Shown here: positions 11,908 to 22,258 of the stretch, piece by piece | How the letters are laid out: the number at the start of each line of letters is the position of its first letter | Numbering within the stretch: the stretch's first letter is position 1 | Assembly: GCF_006345805.1 (NCBI RefSeq) | Contig: NW_021836269.1 | Coordinates: forward strand, 1-24,919 | Source of the DNA: Octopus sinensis | Taxonomy: Eukaryota | Reading direction: 5' to 3' | Length of the DNA stretch: 24,919 bases | Notes under the pieces: model-generated | What the model saw: only the letters and a program-made list of their open reading frames with translations | What the model was told of the DNA's origin: nothing | Databases searched by the model: none | Translations under genes and position numbers: made by a program

Positions 11908-12030
11908 AATAATAATGATGATGATGATTATGATGATGATGATGATGATGATTATGATGATGATGATGATGATTATGATGATAATGATGATGATGATAAT
12001 GATGATGATGATATTGGTAACAACAACAAC

Positions 12031-12068
<38 letters not shown>
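11908..12068. repeat. (GAT)n/(AAT)n microsatellite
   Basis: Seen directly. Confidence 0.95.
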
Positions 12069-12070
<2 letters not shown>

Positions 12071-12573
12071 GCTCTCATAGCTTCTGATTTTAACTGATTG
12101 GAAGTGTTATCATGTACATGTCTTGTCTTGGTGTACAAGATGGGTTACAGCAAATATTCTGCTCAATACGAAAGATCTGCTTGTCAGTTGTTTGACCTTC
12201 ATCAGTTGAGCAGTTCCCTGATCACGAGCAGAAGTAGTTGGGGAGCATCACAGCCATGTGTTGAAAAGAATTCTTTGAGGTTTGAATAATTCACCTCTGA
12301 AAACATGGGTGTTTCGTTCAACATCCTTAAACAAACCTTAATTAGGGTCCTTTTGAGTGGGATGGGCTACTCAACCTGAAGAAAATTCTAACTGGGCCCC
12401 ACCTTCAAGGTCATGCACTGCTTATCTTGATATGAGATCACCATATCGTGTACATATGATCGTGATGCATGTGCCTGGTGTACCCTTATCAGACGGGTCG
12501 TTATGATGGGTATACTGGGCTTCGTACATTTTACCTTAGTGTCACTTTGATGGCAGGCACTCCTCTCTCACTC
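12069..12573 (+). mobile_element. Approx. 530-bp non-coding AAT-flanked repeat, copy 1
   Basis: Reverse complement of 16128-16638; ends CTCTCTCACTC followed by AATAAT. Strand inferred from the AAT tail. Confidence 0.85.
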
Positions 12574-12581
12574 AATAATGA

Positions 12582-12748
12582 TATTATTGTCGGGTTCTTG
12601 GGAACAGCATCAGAAGGTATCAAGGGGAATATAAAGGAAATTGGAATAGAGTGCCCGGTAGAACTGTTACAAAAGGTTTGCCTCTTCGGCTCGGCCAGAA
12701 TAACCAGGAAAGTATTAGATAGCTGAAAAGAACGAATAGCAGGTAGAA
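12582..12748 (+). mobile_element. R4/Dong-type extreme 3' fragment
   Basis: IIVGFLGTASEGIKGNIKEIGIECPVELLQKVCLFGSARITRKVLDS* parallels VVIGALGTI...GTARIFRK at 3465-3600; followed by an (AAT/GAT)n tail. Confidence 0.8.
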
Positions 12749-12838
12749 ATAATGATAATGATGATGATGATGATAATAATAATAATAATGATGATGATGA
12801 TGATGATGATGATAATAATAATAATAATAATGATGATG

Positions 12839-12902
<64 letters not shown>

Positions 12903-12916
12903 TAATAATAATAATA
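12749..12916. repeat. (AAT)n/(GAT)n microsatellite
   Basis: Seen directly. Confidence 0.95.
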
Positions 12917-12917
12917 C

Positions 12918-13130
12918 TTCGAATTGAAAAAGTGTAGTGTTAGTCTTGAAGAGAGGTAGAATTGAATGAATGGATAGGCTAGCGATACCGTCGGGGGAGG
13001 TTATGAAGCAAATAGATGAGACGGGCTATAAATACATGGGGATATTGGAAATGGATAAATTGATGGAGAAAGAAATGACAGAAAACTTTAAGGTGGAGTA
13101 CTTGCGCAGACTGAGACTGATCCTTAATGA
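12918..13130 (+). mobile_element. Non-LTR reverse transcriptase C-terminal/thumb fragment (R4/Dong-like)
   Basis: Manual translation VLKRGRIE*MDRLAIPSGEVMKQIDETGYKYMGILEMDKLMEKEMTENFKVEYLRRLRLIL; YKYMGI matches the YKYLG motif of non-LTR RTs. Confidence 0.75.
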
Positions 13131-13157
13131 AAATTTATGAAAAAAACAAAAACAAAA

Positions 13158-13320
13158 GACGAAGACGGGTGTGTAAACAACAAACTGATGTATTAGTTTA
13201 TAGCTCGGGAAGTGAGAAAGTCTTTTACGTTTCGAGCCTACGCTCTTCGACAGAAAGAAACACAGAAATAAACAGGGAGAGAAAATAGAAAAGGTTTAGT
13301 GGTTAGCGATCTATCATGGC
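13158..13320 (-). mobile_element. Hammerhead-bearing repeat (PLE pLTR-like), copy A
   Basis: Homologous to 13461-13583 and 22259-22445 (tgtattagt..ttttacgtttcgagcctacgctcttc..cagaaag). Confidence 0.7.
13221..13258 (-). ncRNA. Minimal hammerhead candidate, U6 variant, copy A
   Basis: Minus strand reads UCUUU CUGUCGA A GAGC GUAG GCUC GAAAC GUA AAAGA: 5-bp stem I, 4-bp stem II, GUA triplet. Confidence 0.65.
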
Positions 13321-13356
<36 letters not shown>

Positions 13357-13357
13357 C

Positions 13358-13418
<61 letters not shown>

Positions 13419-13460
13419 TATATATATATAATATATACTTATATATAAATATATATAACA

Positions 13461-13583
13461 GATGTATTAGTATAACGCTCAGGAATAGAAAAAATCTCTT
13501 TACGTTTCCAGCCTACGCTCTTCTACAGAAAGGGACACAGAAATAAACAAGGAGAGAAAAACATGTGTGCAGTGGCTAACGAT
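13461..13583 (-). mobile_element. Hammerhead-bearing repeat, copy B (degraded ribozyme at 13498-13532)
   Basis: Direct repeat of copy A at an offset of about 274 bp, separated by (TA)n. Minus strand reads CUUU CUGUAGA A GAGC GUAG GCUG GAAAC GUA AAG. Confidence 0.65.
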
Positions 13584-14536
13584 ATATATGTATGTATGTA
13601 TGTGTGTATGTATGTATGTATGTATGTATGTATGTATGTATGTATGTATGCATATCAGGAGAGAGAGACAGGGGGAGAGAGAGAAAGAGAGAAAGAAAGT
13701 GAAAGAGAAAGAGAAAGATAGAGACCGGTTCTTTTGTGTAATGAAAGCAGGCTATGATAATATTTGAGGAAGGATAACTTTAAAAAAAATGGAGGAATTC
13801 CCTTCCCACTTCTGCAGAGACATTGAAACCGTTGTGAAATATCGTCTGTTAAGATTAACAGAGAATAGTTTAGTGTTTTTAATGAAAATGGCGAGGTGAG
13901 AGAGAAAATGGTTTGAGAAGAAAGTGGTCACAGGATGAAGCTGTTACATACAAGGGATTGGAGGAATATAGTCACGACTTGGTGTTGTTGTTTGATACCG
14001 TTTCTGATCGATGGATCGATTGTGTTCGATTATAGATAGAACAAGGCGTGGCTTCAGACACATTCTTATCATCATTGCAATTGTAGTAGTAGTAGTAGTA
14101 GTAGTAGTAGTTGTTGTTGTATTTGTGTTGGTGCCGGTGAGCGTTGGGGCTGGAGAGTTGTGTGTGTGTGTGTGTATGAAAGAACTTTAGGTAAGGCTGG
14201 TGTTGGTGGTGGTGGCGGGGGAAGTGGGTGTTTTTTAACGGATGCGGCGGTGGAAGTGACAGAGGGAGGGGAGATGTTCATTTGCTGACAGGGGTTGTTT
14301 TGGCAGATGTGGCGGTGTTTGTGGTGGTAGCAGCAGCAGCAGCTGTAGTAGTAGTGGTGGTGGCGGTGGTTTTGCAATGGCTCTGGTTTTCTTTTAGGTA
14401 GTAATGGTTTTGGCGGTGGTAGTGGTGGTGATTGTAACCAATTGATGGTATTAATTGGCAGTGGTGGTGGTGTTGTAGAGGAAGTAGTAAGAGATGGTGT
14501 TTTTTATTGTTGATATAACGGTGCTGGTTGTAGTCC

Positions 14537-14593
<57 letters not shown>

Positions 14594-14607
14594 TGTTATT
14601 ATTATTG

Positions 14608-14653
<46 letters not shown>

Positions 14654-14677
14654 CATTATTATTATTATCATTATTAT
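14537..14677. repeat. (TAT)n microsatellite = (AAT)n tail of the minus-strand LINE
   Basis: Seen directly. Confidence 0.95.
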
Positions 14678-15588
14678 GTTCTTTCCTTCTTTCTTCAAAT
14701 TGTCTTCCGTTTCTCGCCAAGTGTTTTCCATACACCTAGGACAGAGAAGCTCATTGTATGCATTCCTAGATTACACACGCAAATTCACAGATAAAATATG
14801 TATTTAAAAATTAATAAATAAATAAATTCATGAATGGATGTTGTTTTCACAGCGATAGTGCTCTTCTCAGTACATGAGCCGTTGCAGTTAATACGATTTT
14901 TTGCACTTCCTGTAGGGATGGTAAGCCTGGAATCATTTTCAAATAGGTTTCAGTACTTTTTTTATCATTCCTAGGGACAAACAATCACTGGTACTGTAAT
15001 CGCCTTGAGATGCCACATTTTTTCGATTTCTATTTGCAAGTCTTTATATTTACTAATCTTGTCAAATTCTTTCGCCGCTATATTGTGATCGCAAGGAATA
15101 CTCATGTCAATTAATAAACACATCTTTTTTGTCTGATCTTTTATAATAATATCCTGTTTATTAGCTTTTATAGTCTTGTCGGTCTGTACGGGGAAGTCCC
15201 ATAGAATCGATACATTTTCTCCCTCAGTCACAGCTTCAGGATGGTGTTTATACTATTTGTCAGCGGTTTTGATTTTATAATACCGACATATTGTCCAATG
15301 TAAATACTGGCCGACTCTGTCATGTCTTGCTTTATATTCTGCAGGTGCTAAGACTCTACACCCTGAGATTAGGTGGTCTATTGTTTCAATCTCATCGTTA
15401 CAGAATCGGCATTTTGGGTCAGCTCCATTTTTTATCACATTGGCTTGGTAGTTCCGGGTTAATAAGCTTTGGTCTTGAGCAGCTAATATGAAACCTTCAC
15501 TCGCTGCTTTTAGCCTTGAGCTTCGTAACCATTGGTGCGTGCGCTTCTGGTAGACATCAGCTTATTTGCTACGGGCCACATACTTGCT
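14678..15588 (-). mobile_element. 5'-truncated R4/Dong-type non-LTR retrotransposon (post-RT region, CCHC knuckle, REL endonuclease, 3' UTR)
   Basis: HQWLRSSRLKAASEGFILAAQDQ..CRFCNDEIETIDHLISGC (C-X2-C-X8-H-X4-C)..RHDRVGQYLHW..ILWDFPVQTD..NKQD-X14-D..YKDL..LRRALSL* (stop 14849-14847). In-frame stop at 15253-15255 and a frameshift near 14975. AAT repeats on both sides. Confidence 0.93.
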
Positions 15589-15613
15589 ATTTATTATTAT
15601 TATTATTATTATT

Positions 15614-16065
15614 GAGTGAGAGAGCAGTTCATGCCATCAAAGTGACACTGGGGTAAAGTATACGAAGCCCAATATACCCATCATGACTACCCGTCGGGTA
15701 CACCAGGCACATGCATCACAACCATATGTGCGCGACATGGTGATCTCATATCAAGATAAACAGCACATCACCTTTCAGGTGGGGCCCAGTTAGAATTTTC
15801 TTCAGGTCGAGTAATCCATCCTGTTCAAAAGGTCCCCGAATAAGGGTTGTTTAAGGATGTTGAACGAAACACCCATGTTTCCGAAGGTGAATTATCCAAA
15901 CCCCCCAAAACCCCTCTCAACACATGGCTATGATGCTCCCCCACTACTGCTTGTGATCAGAGATGCACATATCGTCATCCACAAAGGGACATGCTCAACT
16001 GGTTAAGGTCAAACAACTGACAAGCAAATCTGTGGTATTGAGCAGAATATTTGCTGTAGCCCATC

Positions 16066-16066
<1 letters not shown>
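15614..16066 (-). mobile_element. Approx. 530-bp non-coding AAT-flanked repeat, copy 2 (5'-truncated)
   Basis: Near-identical to 16128-16567; has a 7-nt deletion (tgataag) relative to copy 3. Confidence 0.85.
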
Positions 16067-16127
<61 letters not shown>

Positions 16128-16661
16128 GAGTGAGAGAGCAGTGCATGGCATCAAAGTGACACTGGGGTAAAATATACGAAGCCCAGTATACCCATCATGA
16201 CTACCCGTCTGATAAGGGTACACCAGGCACATGCATCACAATCATATGTGCGCAACATGGTGATCTCATATGAAGATAAACAGCACATGACCTTGCAGGT
16301 GGGGCCCAGTTAGAATTTTCTTCTGGTCGAGTAACCCATCCCGCTCAAAAGGTCCTTGAATAAGGGTTGTTTAAGGATGTTGAACGAAACACCCATGTTT
16401 CCAGAAGTGAATTATTCAAACTCCATAGAATCCCTCTCAACACACGGCTATGATGCTCTCCCACTACTTCCGCTCGTGATCAGAGATGCACATATTGTCA
16501 GCCACTAAGGGACATGCTCAACTGGTTAAGGTCAAACAATTGAGCAGAATATTTGCTGTAGTCCATCTTTTATACCAAGACAAAACAATGTACATGATAA
16601 CACTTCCAATCAGTTAAGATGAGAAGTCATGAAAGCCACTGCCTGGTACTGCATCAGGGCA
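16128..16661 (-). mobile_element. Approx. 530-bp non-coding AAT-flanked repeat, copy 3 (longest)
   Basis: Bounded by (TAT)n at 16067-16127 and 16662-16729; lacks the 21 nt ctgacaagcaaatctgtggta present in copy 2 (a variant is present in copy 1). Confidence 0.85.
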
Positions 16662-16677
16662 TTTATTATTATTATTA

Positions 16678-16729
<52 letters not shown>

Positions 16730-17347
16730 GATGGAGGCCATTTCGTGGAGGTACTGGTTACAATATAAAAAATGCCTTGTAAATTCACGAACGACAAAAA
16801 TATAAAAAACAAACAAAACATAACGTATATTGAGTGTTCAAATGGAGGGAAGACAGACAGAAAGTCTCTAACTCATCCCCAGTTATCAACCCGAAGGGAT
16901 TACTCAGTTTTGCACCATTAATGATAAGACTGAGTGGTTATCCATGCTGGCGGTGCCTGCGAATGTTTCGGAGAATATAGGGCCGAGAGCAAACGATACA
17001 TGGATAACAAGCGATACGGAAATGGATATACGAAAGTGAATAAATGTAACTTAAGACGATGAACGAAAGACAAAAGCGAAATAAATAAGAAACGAGCAGA
17101 ATATGGTCTGAGGGCCAAAAAGACACGTATGGCGGGCAACGCTTAGAGGGCCATCCTAAAGGATAGAAGTAATAAAACAAGTGCCTGAGGGAGACAACGC
17201 AGCGCTCCTGGCTTTATTAACTGGTTACAATAGTTTTGTTAATTGCGGTAAACATTTTGATTGTGTTTGTAGGGGGCGCAGTCTTGATTTTGTGGGGTGG
17301 GGGCGCAGTGTCGTCATGGTGATACTGTTCTTCTTGGTGCTTCTTGT

Positions 17348-17546
17348 GGCTTTGGGGTCCTTGTAGTTTTCGGGTCTTTGCGGTTTTGGGGTCCTTGTGG
17401 TTTTGGGGTCATTGTGGGTTTGGGGTCATTGTGGGTTTTGGAGTCTTTGTGGTTTTGGGGTCCTTGTGGGTTTTGGAGACTTTGTGGTTTTGGGGATCCT
17501 TGTGGATTTGGGGTCTGGTTTATGGGTTCTTGTGGTTTTGGGGTCT
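17348..17546 (+). repeat. 17-bp G/T-rich minisatellite GGTTTTGGGGTCCTTGT, about 12 units
   Basis: Units start at 17348, 17365, 17382, 17399, 17416, 17433, 17451, 17468, 17486, 17504, approx. 17521 and 17534. Confidence 0.9.
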
Positions 17547-17859
17547 GGCGCGTTGGAAAGGGGTTGCCAAGGGTGGAGGGGATTTTATGGTAGTATTGGT
17601 GATTACTGTTCTGTGATTAGTGTTGGTGGTTGTTTATAAACATACCCTCATACACACTACCAGATGCATACACACACACATACCTATATTCATTACATTG
17701 CGAGTGCCCGTGTGTATCTCAAAGAATGGTAGGGAGAGATAGAGACGGAGAGAGAAAGAGAAACAGAGAGTGACAGACTGAGAGAGAGAAAAATATAGAA
17801 AGGAACGAAGACTGTCGTGGACATAAACGGTGAAAAAGAGCCTCATGTGTAATTAAATG

Positions 17860-17997
17860 AATTATATACGTCTATGTCTATGTACGTGTGCGTGTATGCG
17901 TGTATGGATACGCATGTTTTTGTATGTATATATATTATATTCATATGTATTTGTATGTGTATTTGTGTATGTTTATATATGTTTGTATGTAAGTATG

Positions 17998-18041
<44 letters not shown>

Positions 18042-18076
18042 ATATTTATCTCTTGCATGTACTTATAATTATCCAT

Positions 18077-18151
<75 letters not shown>

Positions 18152-18164
18152 CATATATATATAC

Positions 18165-18195
<31 letters not shown>

Positions 18196-18228
18196 CATAT
18201 ATATATGTATGTATGTATATATATATAT

Positions 18229-18259
<31 letters not shown>

Positions 18260-18300
18260 GTATATATATCCACATATATATGCATGTGTATGTACATGTG
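17860..18300. repeat. (TA)n/(TATG)n microsatellite
   Basis: Seen directly. Confidence 0.95.
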
Positions 18301-18657
18301 TACTGCCGTGTATATCGACCCCGTAACAATCGATCTCCAGCTAATCAATCGGTAAACGATATATAATGTTGGCTTGAAGCCAAAGCGCTTCAAGAAGTCT
18401 TTTTCTGAAATGACTATCTGTAAAACGTGGATAATTCTGATTGGCTGTATTTTCCGTGTATTCTATGCAAAAACGCCATTTCTCTGCTCACACAAACATA
18501 TCGACTTGCACAATATCAATACCATTACGTGACTCCAGCATTGGATTCTTGTGGTTTTGTCTCACTTTTGCGATATAGTTCTAGTGATGTTGTTGTTGTT
18601 GTTGCTGCTGTTGTGGTGTTTTTTAGCCCCAGGCTAATCCTGATCGGGCACACTTAT

Positions 18658-19064
18658 ACTCTTTTACTCTTTTATTTGTTTCAGTCATTTGACTATGGCT
18701 ATGCCGGAGCACTGCCTTTAGTCAAGGAAATTGACCCCAGGACTTATTCTTTGTAAGCTTAGTACTTGTTCTATCGGTCTCTTTTGCCGGACCGCTAAGT
18801 TACGGGGACGTAAACACATCAGCATCGGTTGTCAAGCGATGATGGAGTGACAAACACAGACACAGAAACATATGCACACACACACATACATATACATATA
18901 CATATATACGACGGGCTTCTTTCAGTTTCCGTCTACCAAATCCACTCACAAGGCTTTGGTTGGCCCGAGGCTATAGCAGAAAACACTTGCCCAAGGTGAC
19001 ACGCAGTGGGACTGAACCCAGAACCATGTGGTTTGTAAGCAAGCTACTTATCACACAGCCACTC
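18658..19064 (-). mobile_element. Near full-length tRNA-derived CORE-like SINE (octopus OR-type)
   Basis: A-box-like TGGCTGTGTGA (19061-19051), B-box-like GGTTCAGTCCC (19018-19008), ACCTTGGGCAAGTG (18997-18984), internal (CA/TA)n, 3' end TGACTGAAACAAATAAAAGAGTAAAAGAG. Family label is from recall. Confidence 0.88.
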
Positions 19065-19224
19065 AATGTTTCATCTGTAACAGTTGCGCCTTTTTTTCAG
19101 TCTAAATATATCAAGGACTACTCTATTTCATTTGTCCGACGTGTTTTTCTTTAGATAGTCGGGTATTAGTTCTTAATTACTTCAACTTTTTGCCACACTG
19201 GATCAAACTGGTTCAAACTTGATA

Positions 19225-19336
19225 GGCTTCTTTTAGTATCCGTCTACCAAAACCATTCACATTGCTTTAGTCAGTTCAAGAGTATAGAAGACACTTGCTG
19301 AAGGTGCCACTCAATGGGACCGATCCCAGAAACATT
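19225..19336 (-). mobile_element. Diverged fragment of the same SINE head
   Basis: ggcttctttt..ccgtctaccaaa..agaagacacttgc..aaggtgccac..tgggacc aligns to 18914-19018. Confidence 0.75.
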
Positions 19337-19507
19337 GGGGATCTTTGGACTTTGTGGCACAGTGGATCAAACTGGAACTACGTTCCTCGAGGCATCCTTG
19401 ATTTCAAGCAAAGAAATTACTAGAATTAATATATTTCTAAATCTCACTTCAAATATATATGTTTTCAAAGGCCAATAAGCATCGACAGCTAGCAAACCAT
19501 GCTACTC

Positions 19508-19546
19508 CAGACTGATGATGTGTAATGACTCTGAAACTAGTCCCTG
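19508..19546 (+). ncRNA. Degenerate minimal hammerhead candidate
   Basis: CAGa CUGAUGA U GuGU AAUG ACuC U GAAAC UA GUC cCUG; palindromic stem III ACUAGU; stems I and II each carry a mismatch. Confidence 0.45.
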
Positions 19547-19855
19547 AATGCTGGCTATGCTGGGTGGAGGTGCTTGTCTCCACTTTGAAAACATAAGGAC
19601 ACAGGAAATGTGTCAAGTCCAACAGTAAACGGTGTTTACTATGGCTAAATGGTACAACTTGCACTGTCTGACATGATGGTCACGTTTGGAATGTATTTGA
19701 CCATAAGTATGTTTTCAATAGCGCAAAACAATGTCACTGTATCGACATTGTTCCTCGATTTGTTTAAGAAATCACAGCTAAGGCGACCCCAAAATCATTC
19801 CAGGAAAAGGACGCATGGTGGATGTTACCCTGGGTTTCCTGCATATACATCTGTG

Positions 19856-20007
19856 TTTTTTTACTTGTTTCAGTCATTTGCCTCTGGAGTATCTCTTAAA
19901 GAAATTTCTGCCGAACCGCTAAGTTACAGAGATGTAAACACAATACCGTTTGTCAAGAGGATTTGGGGGACAAACACAGACACAAAGACACTCACACACG
20001 CACATAC

Positions 20008-20060
<53 letters not shown>

Positions 20061-20180
20061 GCATACGATGGGCCTCTTTCAGTTTCCGCCTTCCAAATCC
20101 ACTCTCAGGTCTTTGTCGGCCCGAGGCTACGACAGCAGACACTTGCCCAAAGTGCCACACAGTGGGACTGAACCCTGAAC
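19856..20180 (-). mobile_element. CORE-like SINE copy, internally deleted, with expanded (CA)n
   Basis: Colinear with 18658-19020 (ttgtttcagtcattt, gccgaaccgctaagtta, acacttgcccaa, gtgggactgaacc). Confidence 0.85.
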
Positions 20181-20459
20181 TATATAACAAGAACGCATAC
20201 TTCATACCAGACACTTGCTCCTATGTCTGTTAACAATAGTTATTGAGCCTTTTTGCATGTGAAGTTAGGAGGAAAAGAGCGAGTATTTAAACATAAATGA
20301 GGGATTAAAGAGAAAATATACAAGATGAGAAGAGATGGATTAGAGGAACGAAAAGTGTTATATCTGAAGATAATCAGGAAAGTAAACAGAAGAATAGTAA
20401 GATTTTATGAATGGTAAAAACCAAGACATAAGCAATAAAACATTGTCAAACATTGTCAA

Positions 20460-20689
20460 GGCGGTGAGCTGGCAGAAACGTTAGCACGCCGGGCGAAATG
20501 CTTAGCGGCATTCCGTCTGCCGCTACGTCGTGGGTTCAAATTCCGCCGAGGTCGACTTTGCCTTTCATCCTTTCGGGTCGATTAAATAAGTACCAGTTAT
20601 GAACTGGGGTCGATATAATCGACTTAATCCGTTTGTCTGTCCTTGTTTGTCCTCTCTGTGTTTAGCCCCTTGTGGGTAGTAAGGAAATA
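20460..20689 (+). mobile_element. tRNA-derived SINE of a second family (central part resembles the Nin/Deu-type domain) with a 38-bp target-site duplication
   Basis: A-box-like TGGCAGAAACG 20470-20480; B-box-like GGTTCAAATTCC 20533-20544; gcctttcatcctttcgggtcgatta..agtaccag; direct repeats 20413-20450 and 20690-20727. Domain name is from recall. Confidence 0.85.
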
Positions 20690-21250
20690 GGTAAAAACCA
20701 AGAGATAAGCAATAAAACATTGTCAAAGAAGTTGCTACACGAAGACAAGAGATTAAAACATTTTTAAGGTGTGGGGGGGAGGTTCGAGGATAATAAATGT
20801 GAGATGTGTGAGAACGTTGTTACTGTTGACAGTTATATGATGTGCTGATGTAGTAAGATGGTACAATCAAGATATAGAAAATACGGCACGATAGGTTAAT
20901 AGAGAATGTAGCGTCAGTTTGCAAGGAGAAGAAATATGGTAACATAACCAGTCAGAAGCTGTTAGTGGAATTGACTTTTGTAATGAGATCCTATCAAGTT
21001 TTTCTCTGCAAACTTACAATGCACACAAACATAATATATATATATATAATAAATTGATAAATATAAAATATAAAATAAAAATTATAATAATAGTGTGGCC
21101 ATCATGTCACGTATTTCCACAGTCGAATTTCATTTCTTATTGGAGGGACTCGATAGAAAAGAAGCTAATGTCATGATATTACGAGTTGGTCACTCTCCAT
21201 CTTCCCACGCCTTAATTTCTCTTGTTACACAAACACACACAAAACACCAC

Positions 21251-21315
<65 letters not shown>

Positions 21316-21419
21316 CGCAAACAACGAGAGAAACAAATGAAAAACAGGACAAGTAACATGAAGAAAGCCCTCATCAGTTGTCGGGTCTATATCTAATACT
21401 TATTTCGAGTATTGGGTAT

Positions 21420-21463
<44 letters not shown>

Positions 21464-21507
21464 TAATATATATATATATATATATAATATATAATATCAT
21501 ATATATA

Positions 21508-21566
<59 letters not shown>

Positions 21567-21577
21567 ATATTTATATT

Positions 21578-21940
21578 GGGGGTGTGTGGCGGCGCAAGGT
21601 TAGGGCAGCGGACTCGCGGTTTTCGATTCCCAGACCAGGCGTTGTGAGTGTTTATTGAGCGAAAACACCTAAAGCTCCATGAGGCTCCAGCAGGGATGGT
21701 GGTGATCCCTGCTGGTCTCTTTCCCACAAACTTTCTCTCACTCTTACTTCCTGTTTCTGTGTACCTGTATTTCAAAGGGCGGCTTGTCACTCTCTGTGTC
21801 ACGCTGAATATCCCCGAGAAAACTACGTTAAGGGTACTCGTGTCTGTGGAATGCTCAGCCACTTACACGTTAATTTCACGAGCAGGCTGTTCCGTTGATC
21901 GGATCAACCGGAACCCTCTTCGTCGTAATCGACGGAGTGC
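21578..21940 (+). mobile_element. tRNA-derived SINE of a third family
   Basis: GC-rich island between microsatellites; A-box-like TGGCGGCGCAAGG, B-box-like GGTTTTCGATTCC near 21618-21630; internal 11-bp hairpin. Confidence 0.7.
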
Positions 21941-21969
21941 ATCCATCCATATATATATATATATATATA

Positions 21970-22009
<40 letters not shown>

Positions 22010-22258
22010 TGTGTGTGTACGTTAGGTGTGAAAAATCACATCTTATTAAATTGCAAATAAAAGATGTAATTGAGCCAAATATATTAAGATTTCAGACACC
22101 TCTTTGACTTTGGGGCCACCCTCTGTATATAAATGCGCGCGCATGTGTATTATGGGGTTGTTTTTGTGTATGTGTGTTTACATGTGTCTTTGTCGGTGTA
22201 TATTTGTGCACCTGTATGACTGTATATATCTATAGTTCTAATTTACAGAAAGACAGAA

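Noticed and set aside
12469-12726. 85-aa ORF joining the 530-bp element to a LINE C-terminus
   Set aside because: In-frame join across an AATAATGAT junction. The same N-terminal reading in ORF 15975..16232 runs into poly-N, so the fusion looks coincidental.
16600-16661. HDV-like ribozyme at the 5' end of the 530-bp element
   Set aside because: Only a short UGCCCUG/CAGGCA hairpin is visible; I could not build the nested double pseudoknot by eye.
18373-18530. 8-bp hairpin (18373-18394), CCAAT box (ctgattggctg) and a CRE-like ttacgtga as a promoter
   Set aside because: Short motifs are expected by chance in 25 kb; no linked gene or transcript evidence.
19649-20233. Longest ORF (194 aa)
   Set aside because: It runs antisense through a SINE and a (CA)n tract; no recognisable protein.
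21365-21415. Minus-strand GAAAU...CUGAUGA as a type II hammerhead
   Set aside because: Stems I and III have at most 2 pairs; consistent with chance.
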